DNA of 64,000 nt, taken from the NCBI RefSeq assembly GCF_965279725.1, contig NZ_CBDIIL010000002.1, forward strand, positions 147,804 through 211,803. Reading direction: 5' to 3'. Source of the stretch: Sphingopyxis sp. Its GTDB lineage: Bacteria > Pseudomonadota > Alphaproteobacteria > Sphingomonadales > Sphingomonadaceae. The position numbers and the translations under genes were made by a program. The notes beneath the pieces are model-generated. The model did not search any database. It was not told the origin of the DNA and saw nothing but the letters and a program-made list of their open reading frames with translations. Within the stretch, counting starts at the first letter, position 1. The number at the start of each line of letters is the position of its first letter. Below are positions 47,571 through 58,753 of the stretch, piece by piece.

Positions 47571-48167
47571 GTGACCATGGACGCGGGAGCGACGGGTGAG
47601 CAGCAATTTCTATCAGGACGCCGAAGGAGCGGTCGCGCGGCTGTGCTGACCGCCGCCGTCCTGTGGTTTGCGGCAGCCGTACCCGCTGCCGAAGCGGCGG
47701 CGCCCGTTGCGGCGCCCGAACCCCTGATTGCGATCTCCGCCCCGACGACCGAACAGGTCACATCTTTCTGGCAGGTGGTGATCGAACAGCAACTCATCAT
47801 TCGCGTCCCGGCGCAGCGGTCGCAGCTCAACAACTTTGCTGCCGGCCCCACGCAGTCGCGGCGCGCCACCGAAATTCCTATCGTATGGAAAGAGAAAAAG
47901 GCGCCAAAATGCGTGGCGATGCGCAACATCATGGGGATGCAGGCGGTTCAGCGCGACAGCATCGATATCATCACGCGGCAGAATCAACGCTTGCGCGCCC
48001 AGCTCAATCGCGGCTGCCGCGCGCTGGATTTCTATGCCGGCTTTTACATGCAGGGCAGCAAAGACGGGCGGCTCTGTGAGGGCCGCGATCAGATCCATGC
48101 GCGAACCGGAGCAAAGTGCGAGATCGACAAGTTCCGATTGATGGTTCCGGTGCGCGACGACGATTAG
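47571..48167 (+). CDS. Hypothetical exported protein with four Cys
   Basis: Signal-like hydrophobic segment, then KCV, GCRALDFY, LCEGRD, KCEID. Start uncertain. Confidence 0.65.
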   Translation: MTMDAGATGEQQFLSGRRRSGRAAVLTAAVLWFAAAVPAAEAAAPVAAPEPLIAISAPTTEQVTSFWQVVIEQQLIIRVPAQRSQLNNFAAGPTQSRRATEIPIVWKEKKAPKCVAMRNIMGMQAVQRDSIDIITRQNQRLRAQLNRGCRALDFYAGFYMQGSKDGRLCEGRDQIHARTGAKCEIDKFRLMVPVRDDD

Positions 48168-48289
48168 GCGATTAATCGCGTCTTTTGTCGCCTTTTCTTG
48201 ACTTTTCATCGCCATTTCCGCAATGGCCGCGTCAACGCCCGCCAGCGTGGGCGGCTGGGCGCACCCTCTTTTCCGGACATGATAACCTT

Positions 48290-49702
48290 ATGAAATTTGC
48301 CGACATCGGCCTTTCCGACGAACTTTTGCGCGCCATCGACGAGTCGGGTTATGACGAAGCCACGCCGATCCAGGCGGGCGTCATCCCCTCGGTTCTGATG
48401 ATGCGCGACATCATCGGCATCGCTCAGACGGGGACCGGCAAGACCGCGTCGTTCGTGCTGCCGATGATCGATATTCTGGCGCATGGCCGCGCCCGCGCGC
48501 TGATGCCGCGCTCGCTGATCCTGGCGCCAACGCGTGAGCTTGCGGCGCAGGTCGCAGAGAATTTCGAAAAATATGGCAAGTATCACAAGCTGTCGATGGC
48601 GTTGCTGATCGGCGGGGTCCAGATGGGCGATCAGGTCAAGGCGCTGGAAAAGGGTGTCGATGTGCTGATCGCAACCCCTGGCCGCCTGATGGACCTGTTC
48701 GAACGCGGCAAGATTTTGCTCACAGGTTGTAACCTGCTGGTGATCGACGAGGCCGACCGGATGCTCGACATGGGGTTCATCCCCGATATCGAGAATATCT
48801 GCACCAAGCTGCCGGCGAATCGCCAGACCTTGCTGTTTTCGGCGACAATGCCGGCGCCGATCAAACGACTGGCGGACAAATTCCTGTCGAACCCCAAGAC
48901 GGTCGAAGTCGCGCGTCCAGCGAGCCGCAACGAGAATATCGAGCAGTTTCTGGTCAAGACGTCGGAACGCGGCAAGCGCGACACGCTGCGCGGCCTAATC
49001 GAATCCGAAAAGGTTCATACCGCGATCATCTTTTGCAATCGCAAGACGACGGTGCGCGAGCTGGCGAAAGCGCTGCAACGATCGGGCTTTAATGCCGGCG
49101 AGATCCAGGGCGACATGGACCAGTCGAGCCGCACCGCCGAACTCGACCGGTTCAAGAACGGTACGATCAACATATTGGTGGCGTCCGACGTCGCGGCGCG
49201 CGGTCTCGACGTCAAGGGCGTCAGCCATGTGTTTAATTTCGACGCGCCGTGGCACCCCGACGATTATGTTCATCGTATTGGGCGGACGGGTCGCGCGGGT
49301 GCGCAGGGCCGCGCTTTTACGCTCGTCACGCCGTCTGACGACGAGGCAATCGACAGCATCCAGAAGCTGACGGGCTATAAAATTCCCGTGCATGGCAATG
49401 GCGCAGTGGCGACCGACACGGCACCCTCGACGCGCGGCGAAGCCGAGACCGAAGCGCCGCCGGCGCGCGCACGCTCAGCGCGCGGCGGACGCGGCAGGGG
49501 CGCGGCCAAGCCCGACAAAGCGCCGGTGCAGTCGGTCGACGTGCAACTCGTACAAGAAGCTGCCCCTGCGCCAGCAAAAGCGCAGAAGCTGCGCAATGAC
49601 CGCAAGCCGGCGCCCGCGCCGCGCCGTGACGACCAGGATGGTCCCGACGACGGCTGGAATGGCCCGATGCCTGGTTTCCTATCGGTCGGTTTCGGAAGCT
49701 GA
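48290..49702 (+). CDS. DEAD-box RNA helicase
   Basis: Q motif, AQTGTGKT, PTRELA, TPGRL, DEAD, SAT, ARGLD, HRIGRTGRAG. Start set at ATG 48290. Confidence 0.95.
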   Translation: MKFADIGLSDELLRAIDESGYDEATPIQAGVIPSVLMMRDIIGIAQTGTGKTASFVLPMIDILAHGRARALMPRSLILAPTRELAAQVAENFEKYGKYHKLSMALLIGGVQMGDQVKALEKGVDVLIATPGRLMDLFERGKILLTGCNLLVIDEADRMLDMGFIPDIENICTKLPANRQTLLFSATMPAPIKRLADKFLSNPKTVEVARPASRNENIEQFLVKTSERGKRDTLRGLIESEKVHTAIIFCNRKTTVRELAKALQRSGFNAGEIQGDMDQSSRTAELDRFKNGTINILVASDVAARGLDVKGVSHVFNFDAPWHPDDYVHRIGRTGRAGAQGRAFTLVTPSDDEAIDSIQKLTGYKIPVHGNGAVATDTAPSTRGEAETEAPPARARSARGGRGRGAAKPDKAPVQSVDVQLVQEAAPAPAKAQKLRNDRKPAPAPRRDDQDGPDDGWNGPMPGFLSVGFGS

Positions 49703-49748
49703 AATCTTCAGAATGTTTGAGGTGGGAAGCGGTCAAGCCCACCTATCT

Positions 49749-49822
49749 CGTCATTCCCGCGAAAGCGGGAATCCAGCGAGCTTCCGTTGCCACTGGGTTT
49801 CTGCCTTCTTGGGAACAATGAA
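49749..49822. repeat. REP-like element CGTCATTCCCGCGAAAGCGGGAATCCAG with decayed partner arm
   Basis: Intact hairpin arm 49749-49776. The degenerate inverted arm starts CTGGGTTTCTGCC at 49793. Lies between convergent genes. Confidence 0.7.
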
Positions 49823-49864
49823 ATAGAGAACCGTCGGCTTTTGGTCGAAAGCGCTCGGACAGGC

Positions 49865-50881
49865 CTACACCCGAACGAGCATCTTCCCCATATTCAACCC
49901 AGCGAACAGGCCCAGGAACGCCTCCGGCGTCGCTTCCAGCCCCTCGTGCACGGTTTCGCGCATCGTCACCGCGCCGCTAGCGATCAGGCCGCCCATGTCG
50001 GCGTAAAATTCTTCCATGCAGTCGAAGAACTGGTCGGTGTAGATAAAGCCTTCCATCCGGATGCGCGCCGGGATCGTGCGGATCAGATATTTCATCTCCT
50101 GCGCCTTGCCGTCATTATAGACGTCGATCATGCCGCAGATGGCAAAGCGGGCAAAGTCATTGGCGGTCGCAAAGGCAGCATCGAGATGTTCGCCGCCGAC
50201 ATTGTCGAAATAGACATCGATGCCGGGTTTGCCCAAGGCTTCGAGCGCCTTTGCAAGCCCCGCCAAAACCGCTCCCGCCTTGTAATCGACAACCGCATCG
50301 GCACCTAAATCCTTGACCCACGCGCATTTTTCAGCGCCGCCAGCCGATCCGATGACCGTCATCTCACGCGCCTTCGCGATCTGTACGACCGCCGATCCCA
50401 CCGCGCCCGCCGCCGCCGAGACGAAAATCGTGTCGCCGGGCTTGGCTGCGGCAACGCGCAGCAGACCAATCCATGCGGTGCCGCCGGTCAAACCCATATT
50501 GTGGAGGAACGTCTGCGGGGTCAGCCCTGCGGCCAGCGCGTCGGCGGGCAGTTTGTTCGGCATCATGTCGAGGCCGACAACGCCGCCGTCGCGCCATCCG
50601 CCCATGTGGAGGATCAGGTCGCCGGGTGCAAAGCCTTCCATCCGGCTTTCAATGACTTCCCCGATCGCACCGCCCGTCATCGGCTGGTTGATCTGGAAAC
50701 TCGCCGCATAGCTTTTTGCGTCGTTCATCCGCCCGCGCATATAAGGGTCGACCGACAGCCACAGGTTACGAACGCGCAACTGATCATTGTCGAGAGGTGC
50801 GTCGGGCATTTCGCGCAGCGCGAAGTTGTCCATGGTCGGAAGCCCTTGCGGGCGGCTGGTCAAATGCCAGGCTTTGCTCAT
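49865..50881 (-). CDS. NADP-dependent oxidoreductase (CurA / prostaglandin reductase-like)
   Basis: LSVDPYMRGRM, GLTGGTAW, VSAAAGAVGS, YFDNVGG, CGMI..YN. Confidence 0.9.
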   Translation of the reverse strand: MSKAWHLTSRPQGLPTMDNFALREMPDAPLDNDQLRVRNLWLSVDPYMRGRMNDAKSYAASFQINQPMTGGAIGEVIESRMEGFAPGDLILHMGGWRDGGVVGLDMMPNKLPADALAAGLTPQTFLHNMGLTGGTAWIGLLRVAAAKPGDTIFVSAAAGAVGSAVVQIAKAREMTVIGSAGGAEKCAWVKDLGADAVVDYKAGAVLAGLAKALEALGKPGIDVYFDNVGGEHLDAAFATANDFARFAICGMIDVYNDGKAQEMKYLIRTIPARIRMEGFIYTDQFFDCMEEFYADMGGLIASGAVTMRETVHEGLEATPEAFLGLFAGLNMGKMLVRV

Positions 50882-50972
50882 CGGAACCCCCATTCCTCGA
50901 TTTCGCGTGGCGGCCCGTGGTCAGAAAAGCCGTTGCCACTGTTCGGCGGTGTCGTTAAACCGCCGCCGTCGC

Positions 50973-51048
50973 GGGGCCGTAGCTCAGATGGGAGAGCGCT
51001 GCAATCGCACTGCAGAGGTCAGGGGTTCGATTCCCCTCGGCTCCACCA
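50973..51048 (+). tRNA. tRNA-Ala (anticodon CGC)
   Basis: GGGGCCGTAGCTCAGATGGGAGAGCGCTGCAATCGCACTGCAGAGGTCAGGGGTTCGATTCCCCTCGGCTCCACCA: 76 nt, G3.U70 Ala identity pair, encoded CCA. Confidence 0.96.
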
Positions 51049-51074
51049 GCGACCTTTACGACCCCGAAAATCGA

Positions 51075-52238
51075 TCAGCCCACATAATCACGGATCATGT
51101 TCTTGGCGATCACTAGCTGCTGAATCTGCGTCGTTCCTTCATAAATCCGGTAAATGCGGCAGTCGCGATAGAAGCGTTCGGCCAGATATTCCTTCAGGTA
51201 TCCGGCGCCGCCGTGAATCTGCACCACGCGGTCGGCGACGCGGCCGCACATCTCGCTGGCGAACATCTTGGTCGCGGCAGCTTCGACCAGAATCTTCTCA
51301 CCGCGATCGGCGCGCGCGCAGGCGTCGGCAAGCATGCATTCTGCCGCGTAGATTTCGGCCTTGCTGTCGGCGAGCATCGCCTGAATCAGCTGGAAATTGG
51401 CGATCGGTTCGCCGAACGCCTTGCGTTCCATCGCATATTTCAGGCCGACGTCGAGCATCCGTTTGGCATAGCCGACGCTGGCGGCGGCGACCGACAGGCG
51501 GCCGTTGTCGAGACTTTGCATCGCGGCGCGGAAGCCGATGCCTTCCTCACCGCCAAGCAGCGCGTCGCCGTCGACGTGCACATCCTCAAGGATCACATCG
51601 GCGATCTGCGATCCGGCCTGGCCCATCTTGCCATCGGGTTTGCCGATCGACACCCCCGGCGCGTCGCGCGGGACCATGAAGGCGCTGACATGGGCGTTCT
51701 TGGGGAGCGGTTCAGCATTGGTCCGCGCCATCACCAGAATGACGTCGGCGAAGGGCGCGTTTGTGATGTAACGCTTGGTCCCGTTGAGCACATAGCCATT
51801 GCCGTCGCGGACGGCGCGGGTCTTCATCGCCGCGCTGTCCGATCCACTATCGGGTTCGGTCAGGCCAAAGGCGGCGATGCTACCCATCGCCAGCTTGGGC
51901 AGCCAATGGTCCTTTTGCTGGTCGGTGCCAAAGCCCAGAAGCGACTTGCAAACCATGCCAATGTTGATCGACACGATCGAGCGATAGGCAGGCGAGGCAT
52001 AGGCGATTTCGCGGATAAAGCCGACATATTGGCTGACGTTCATCCCCGCGCCGCCATATTCGGGCGGCATGGTGACGCCGAACAGCCCCATCTCGCGCAT
52101 TTCGGCCAGGATGTCGTCGGGAACGCGGCCGAGTTCCTCAAGCTGATCTTCCGCCGGTATCAGTCGTTCGCGCACATAACGCTGCAACTGCTCCATGAAG
52201 GCGTCATAGATGTCGGCGTCCATTCCCGGGTTGATCAT
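51075..52238 (-). CDS. Acyl-CoA dehydrogenase
   Basis: FGLTEPDSGSDSAA, GTKRYITNA, KMGQAG, RKAFG, QIHGGAGY, RIYEGTTQIQ. Confidence 0.92.
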   Translation of the reverse strand: MINPGMDADIYDAFMEQLQRYVRERLIPAEDQLEELGRVPDDILAEMREMGLFGVTMPPEYGGAGMNVSQYVGFIREIAYASPAYRSIVSINIGMVCKSLLGFGTDQQKDHWLPKLAMGSIAAFGLTEPDSGSDSAAMKTRAVRDGNGYVLNGTKRYITNAPFADVILVMARTNAEPLPKNAHVSAFMVPRDAPGVSIGKPDGKMGQAGSQIADVILEDVHVDGDALLGGEEGIGFRAAMQSLDNGRLSVAAASVGYAKRMLDVGLKYAMERKAFGEPIANFQLIQAMLADSKAEIYAAECMLADACARADRGEKILVEAAATKMFASEMCGRVADRVVQIHGGAGYLKEYLAERFYRDCRIYRIYEGTTQIQQLVIAKNMIRDYVG

Positions 52239-52510
52239 CGTCGTTCCTGTCCTTGAGGCTGTCAGTCGCTGTAATGGTCCGCGTGGCTGTCGATCGCGGA
52301 TGATAGGCGCAACGCATAGCCTTGTGAGACTTGCGTTACGGCGTCCATGGATTGCGGACCGGGCATCGTCATGCCTTTAGCGACATCGCGATCTTTCCAA
52401 AGCCATGCCGCACCCGAAGCGGGTTTATCGAGGGGTGGATTATCGGGTGGCCCGTCGCCAGTCATCGCTTTCGCCATAACGCAGCGGCGGACCTTTGCAA
52501 GCGGCGGGGT

Positions 52511-53407
52511 TCAGGCCGCGGAGGGCGGCGGTGCGGGCCGTTCCTTCGGTTTTCCACCCAGCCATTTGCGCGCGGCGCGAACCGGGGCCGTCCGCCACAG
52601 GAACAGGAGCATTGCGAAAAACAGCCCCCACGGCAGCACCGCCGCGCCGACAACGAGGACAAAGGAGAGCAAGGTGCTGCCGCTGCTGATCAGCATGTTC
52701 GCCGCATCGCTGAACGGGTTGCCATAACCGATGCCGGGAAGGCCGCCGGTGCCTTGGTAATCGAAGGTCATCGGAGTGGTCGCGAGCAGCGCTTCGCCGG
52801 TGCGGCGGGTGTCGCGCTCGCCGCCCAGTTGCTCGCGCAGCGAGGCGATCTGCTGCTGGAGTTCGGTGCGTTCGCTGTCGCCGAGACCACTTTGCTTGAG
52901 CCGCACTTCGAGGCGTGCGATGTCTCCGCCGATGCCCGCGCTGCGGCGCTGCGAGTCGCTAATCTGCGAACCGACATCCTCGCCGGTGACATTGGCCAGC
53001 GCCAGCACGCCCTCGGCCTTTTCGACGCTGGCGATCGCATCCTTGCCGAACTGGCGGGCGATCGTGGGGTCGAGCTTGAACTGGAGCTGGGCCTCGACTT
53101 CATTCTCTCGCACCAAGCGATAGGTCAGACCTGTGATGCGGCAACGGTTGATGCCGAGCGTCTCGCACGCGGCGGCATGCTCCTCCTGTACCTTGGCGAT
53201 CCGGTCGTCTTCGAGGCGGAAGGCATAGCTATAGTTGAATGCCACGCCCGGCGCGGCGGTCACCGCGACATTGGGTCCGCCGGCGTTATTGGAGGCCGCT
53301 GATTCTGCCATCGCGGCGGGAGCGCTCGAGGTGGATTCTTCGGACCGTTGCTGGCCGCAGCCAACCAATATGAGCGCCATTGCGCCTACCAAGAGCTTGA
53401 TCTTCAT
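52511..53407 (-). CDS. DUF4349-like lipoprotein with coiled coil and C-terminal TM
   Basis: Lipobox LVGC, GEDV...coiled coil, C-terminal hydrophobic helix with LPW. Confidence 0.75.
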   Translation of the reverse strand: MKIKLLVGAMALILVGCGQQRSEESTSSAPAAMAESAASNNAGGPNVAVTAAPGVAFNYSYAFRLEDDRIAKVQEEHAAACETLGINRCRITGLTYRLVRENEVEAQLQFKLDPTIARQFGKDAIASVEKAEGVLALANVTGEDVGSQISDSQRRSAGIGGDIARLEVRLKQSGLGDSERTELQQQIASLREQLGGERDTRRTGEALLATTPMTFDYQGTGGLPGIGYGNPFSDAANMLISSGSTLLSFVLVVGAAVLPWGLFFAMLLFLWRTAPVRAARKWLGGKPKERPAPPPSAA

Positions 53408-53483
53408 AAGCTTCTCTCAAAGTCGCGGCTCGTCGGCGACATGGTATGACATATCATAACTGTTATAGTTGACAATAGAGATT

Positions 53484-55796
<2,313 letters not shown>

Positions 55797-55850
55797 GCGT
55801 GAACGATTAGGGAACAGCAGGCGCGCTGTCCAGCATGGCGCGACGGGCTG

Positions 55851-56393
55851 CTATTCGGATCTGAGTAGTGTCAGCCGCGCTTTGCCCACCTTGCGGTCGG
55901 CGTCGATAGCAAGCCCTGCGACATCGACCGTTTCACTATGCGCGGTTTCGACCGACACCCAGCTGTCGGGGCCGATCCAGCCGAGCCGCCGCAATTTGTC
56001 GAGGGCGACGCTGGCGGCGCCGGTCCCATAGGGCGGGTCGAGCATCAGCAGATCATAAGCGCGCGGCGCAGGGCCGAGGCCGAGCACCGATCCCGCCCGA
56101 ACATCGGCGCGCGCGGTCGCGCCCAATGCGCCGAGGTTGCTGCGCAAGACGTCGAGCGCATCGCGGTCCTGTTCGGCGAACAGGCACTGCGCCGCGCCGC
56201 GCGACAGCGCTTCAATCCCCAGCGCGCCCGATCCGGCAAACAGATCGGCGACGACCAACCCCTCGAAACTGCCAAGGCGGCTTGCCAGCATCGAGAACAG
56301 GGTTTCGCGGGTGCGATCCGCGGTCGGCCGCGTCGTATCACCCTTGGGGGCCAGCAGCTTGCGGCCGCCCCACTCGCCAGAAATCACGCGCAT
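55851..56393 (-). CDS. rsmD: 16S rRNA m2G966 methyltransferase
   Basis: MRVISGEWGGRKL, RPTADRTRETLF, DLFAGSGALGIEALSRGA, LDPPY. Confidence 0.93.
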   Translation of the reverse strand: MRVISGEWGGRKLLAPKGDTTRPTADRTRETLFSMLASRLGSFEGLVVADLFAGSGALGIEALSRGAAQCLFAEQDRDALDVLRSNLGALGATARADVRAGSVLGLGPAPRAYDLLMLDPPYGTGAASVALDKLRRLGWIGPDSWVSVETAHSETVDVAGLAIDADRKVGKARLTLLRSE

Positions 56394-56398
56394 ATCGG

Positions 56399-57259
56399 CT
56401 AGCTCATATGCCGACGGAATTTGAACAATTCGTCGCGCGGCACGACGTCGACCGCGCCCAGCGGCATACCATCCAGCTCGAACGCGCCATATCGCGTGCG
56501 GATCAGGCGGCTGACCTGCAGTCCAAAATGCTCGAGCACTTTACGGACTTCGCGATTCTTGCCCTCGGTCAGCGTCATTTCCACCCACTGGTTGCGGCCC
56601 GTCCGACGTTCGAGGTTGGCATCGATCTTGCCATAGGTGACTCCGTCGATGGTGATGCCCATCGCGAGTTCTTCAAGCTGTTCCTGGCTGATGTCGCCGA
56701 AAGCACGGGCGCGATAGGTGCGCTCGACCCCGCTGGCGGGCAGTTCGAGCTGGCGTTTGAATTCGCCGTCGTTGGTGAGGAGCAGCAATCCTTCGGTATT
56801 ATAATCAAGGCGGCCGACGGGCATCAGGCGTGGCAGATCTTTGGGCAGCACGTCGTAGATCGTCTTGCGCCCCTTGGGATCGCGCGCCGCAGTGATGCAG
56901 CCCGACGGCTTGTGAAAGCGATAGAGGCGGGTCGAGACTGGCTTCGCGACGGGATTGCCATCGACGGTCAGCCCCTCGAGCGAGGTGAGCAGCGGCGCTG
57001 GCTGGACGATGACCGTGCCGTTGAGCGCGATCCGCCCTTCCTCGACCATCCGTTCGACATCACGGCGCGAACCGACGCCGGCGCGCGCCAGCAGCTTGGC
57101 AATGCGCTGCGGCCCATCCTCATGTTCGGCCTCGGCGGGTTTCGCTTTCAGCGCAGAAGCGGCGCCGCGCGCGGCGCGGCGGCCCTTCGGGGCGTCGCGA
57201 TCGCCAGCGGCTTTCGGCGCGGAACGGGGTGCAGGGCGGGGGGGACGGCGTGTCGTCAT
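56399..57259 (-). CDS. rluB: rRNA pseudouridine synthase with S4 domain
   Basis: RIAKLLARAGVGSRR, FHKPSG, VGRLDYNTEGLLLLTNDG, EGKNREVR. Confidence 0.85.
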   Translation of the reverse strand: MTTRRPPRPAPRSAPKAAGDRDAPKGRRAARGAASALKAKPAEAEHEDGPQRIAKLLARAGVGSRRDVERMVEEGRIALNGTVIVQPAPLLTSLEGLTVDGNPVAKPVSTRLYRFHKPSGCITAARDPKGRKTIYDVLPKDLPRLMPVGRLDYNTEGLLLLTNDGEFKRQLELPASGVERTYRARAFGDISQEQLEELAMGITIDGVTYGKIDANLERRTGRNQWVEMTLTEGKNREVRKVLEHFGLQVSRLIRTRYGAFELDGMPLGAVDVVPRDELFKFRRHMS

Positions 57260-57260
57260 C

Positions 57261-57286
57261 GGAACGGATGCGGCTTTCTTGTCGTT
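57261..57286 (+). promoter_or_regulatory. EcfG (general stress sigma) type promoter GGAAC-N17-CGTT
   Basis: Exact match GGAAC ggatgcggctttcttgt CGTT, about 130 nt upstream of the receiver-domain gene and pointing towards it. Confidence 0.65.
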
Positions 57287-57414
57287 ATTCGGAAAGAGAG
57301 TGTTGCGTTGTGGCCACGCTCATAGCCGGAAACGTGTCGCTTCGTCGATGGCAAGCAGAAGCAATCTTGCACGAAGCCACCGAGCACGTCATGCCGCCTT
57401 TAAAGGGAGTAACA

Positions 57415-57852
57415 ATGCTCTTCGCGTCCCGCCCGTCCTGCATCAAGCGGCTGCTGATCATCGAGGATGATCCGCTGGTCGCGTTCGACAATGAGCGGAC
57501 GCTGAAACACAGCGGCTATGATGTCGTCGCCACGGTCGATTCGGGTGAAGCCGCGGTGCCGATCATTGCCGCCGAACCGCTCGACGCGATCGTTCTCGAC
57601 CTAGGGCTCGCCGGCCACATGACCGGACGCGAGGTCGCGCGGCTGGCGCGCGATCGCGGGATCGCAGTGTTGCTGGTTACCGGACAATGCCCCGAAGATG
57701 CCTCCGACATCGCGGTGGCCTGCCTGGGCAAACCGCACAGCGCGTCGGCGCTGATCGCGGCGCTGCGCGCGGTCGAGACGATGACATGCAAGAATCAGGA
57801 GCCGCGCAAGGTTAGTGGCCTCCAGACCTATTGGCGTCCGAAGGCCGCTTGA
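57415..57852 (+). CDS. Single-domain response regulator (PhyR-receiver-like)
   Basis: LLIIEDDPLVA, AIVLDLGL (phospho-Asp), LVTG, LGKP. No output domain. Start set at ATG 57415. Confidence 0.88.
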   Translation: MLFASRPSCIKRLLIIEDDPLVAFDNERTLKHSGYDVVATVDSGEAAVPIIAAEPLDAIVLDLGLAGHMTGREVARLARDRGIAVLLVTGQCPEDASDIAVACLGKPHSASALIAALRAVETMTCKNQEPRKVSGLQTYWRPKAA

Positions 57853-57921
57853 TCGGTAACTTTTTGCCCGCTTCGTCCGAACTTCCCTGTGGTCGTGCAT
57901 GGCCGGACGAAGGAAAATAGC

Positions 57922-58674
57922 GTGACGAAAAACCTGTTTCTGCTGATGGTACTTGGCGCGACCGCCGTAACCGCGGTTCTCGCACTCGCTCCTGAAGGCA
58001 ATTCGGCAACCGCACAGCAGACGGCGGGCGCAGCCAACGCCCAGCCGGTGCTGGTCGAGCTGTTCACCAGCCAGGGTTGCTCGTCCTGCCCGCCGGCAGA
58101 TAAGCTGCTCGCGCGGCTCGATACGGGCGGCGGTGTCGTCGCGCTGAGCCGCCCTGTGACATATTGGGATCGGCTCGGCTGGAAGGATACGCTGGCGCGA
58201 CCCGCCCATGATGATTTGCAGCGCCGCTATGCTGCGCGCGGATTGCCCGGCGGCGGGGTCTTTACCCCAGAAGCTGTGGTGCAAGGGACCAGCGCTACCG
58301 TCGGTTCGGACGAGCGCGCGCTGCGCAAGTTGATCATATCGGCACGCGGCAACAACCCCGTCTTGCTGACGCAGGCAGGCGGGCGCGTGACCGCATCGCG
58401 CGCCGTGCCGAGCGCCGAACTGCGCTTTGTGGCGGTGGCAAGCAATCGCGCGGTCAAGATTGGACGCGGCGAGAATGGCGGGCGCGATATCGGCTATACC
58501 AACGTCGTGCTGAACGAAGCCGCGGTCGCCTGCGCCCCATCGGCGGTGTGCAGCGCCGCCATGCCCGCGGTGATCGCCGGCCAGAAAGGCGCCGACCGCT
58601 GGGCGGCTGTCCTGCAGGACAAGGCAGGCGGACGCGTGCAGGCCGTGCGCTGGATCGGCCGACCGGGCAAATAG
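57922..58674 (+). CDS. DUF1223 thioredoxin-like secreted protein
   Basis: VLVELFTSQGCSSCPPAD, VTYWDRLGWKDT, FTPEAVVQG. Confidence 0.88.
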   Translation: MTKNLFLLMVLGATAVTAVLALAPEGNSATAQQTAGAANAQPVLVELFTSQGCSSCPPADKLLARLDTGGGVVALSRPVTYWDRLGWKDTLARPAHDDLQRRYAARGLPGGGVFTPEAVVQGTSATVGSDERALRKLIISARGNNPVLLTQAGGRVTASRAVPSAELRFVAVASNRAVKIGRGENGGRDIGYTNVVLNEAAVACAPSAVCSAAMPAVIAGQKGADRWAAVLQDKAGGRVQAVRWIGRPGK

Positions 58675-58753
58675 CCGCTTCCAATTTGGGACCAAGCCTT
58701 TAGGCCCGTTGCATACAATGCGTCCGCCGAGCGGAGGCGCGGGGAGCGACGGC

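Noticed and set aside
51049-51075. tRNA-Ala 3' end as an integration site
   Set aside because: Only 26 nt separate it from an ordinary convergent metabolic gene; no integrase or att duplicate.
52262-52477. 71-aa minus-strand ORF in the gap between the DUF4349 and acyl-CoA dehydrogenase genes
   Set aside because: Position is plausible, but I see no motif or clear RBS; cannot be supported without homology or proteomics.
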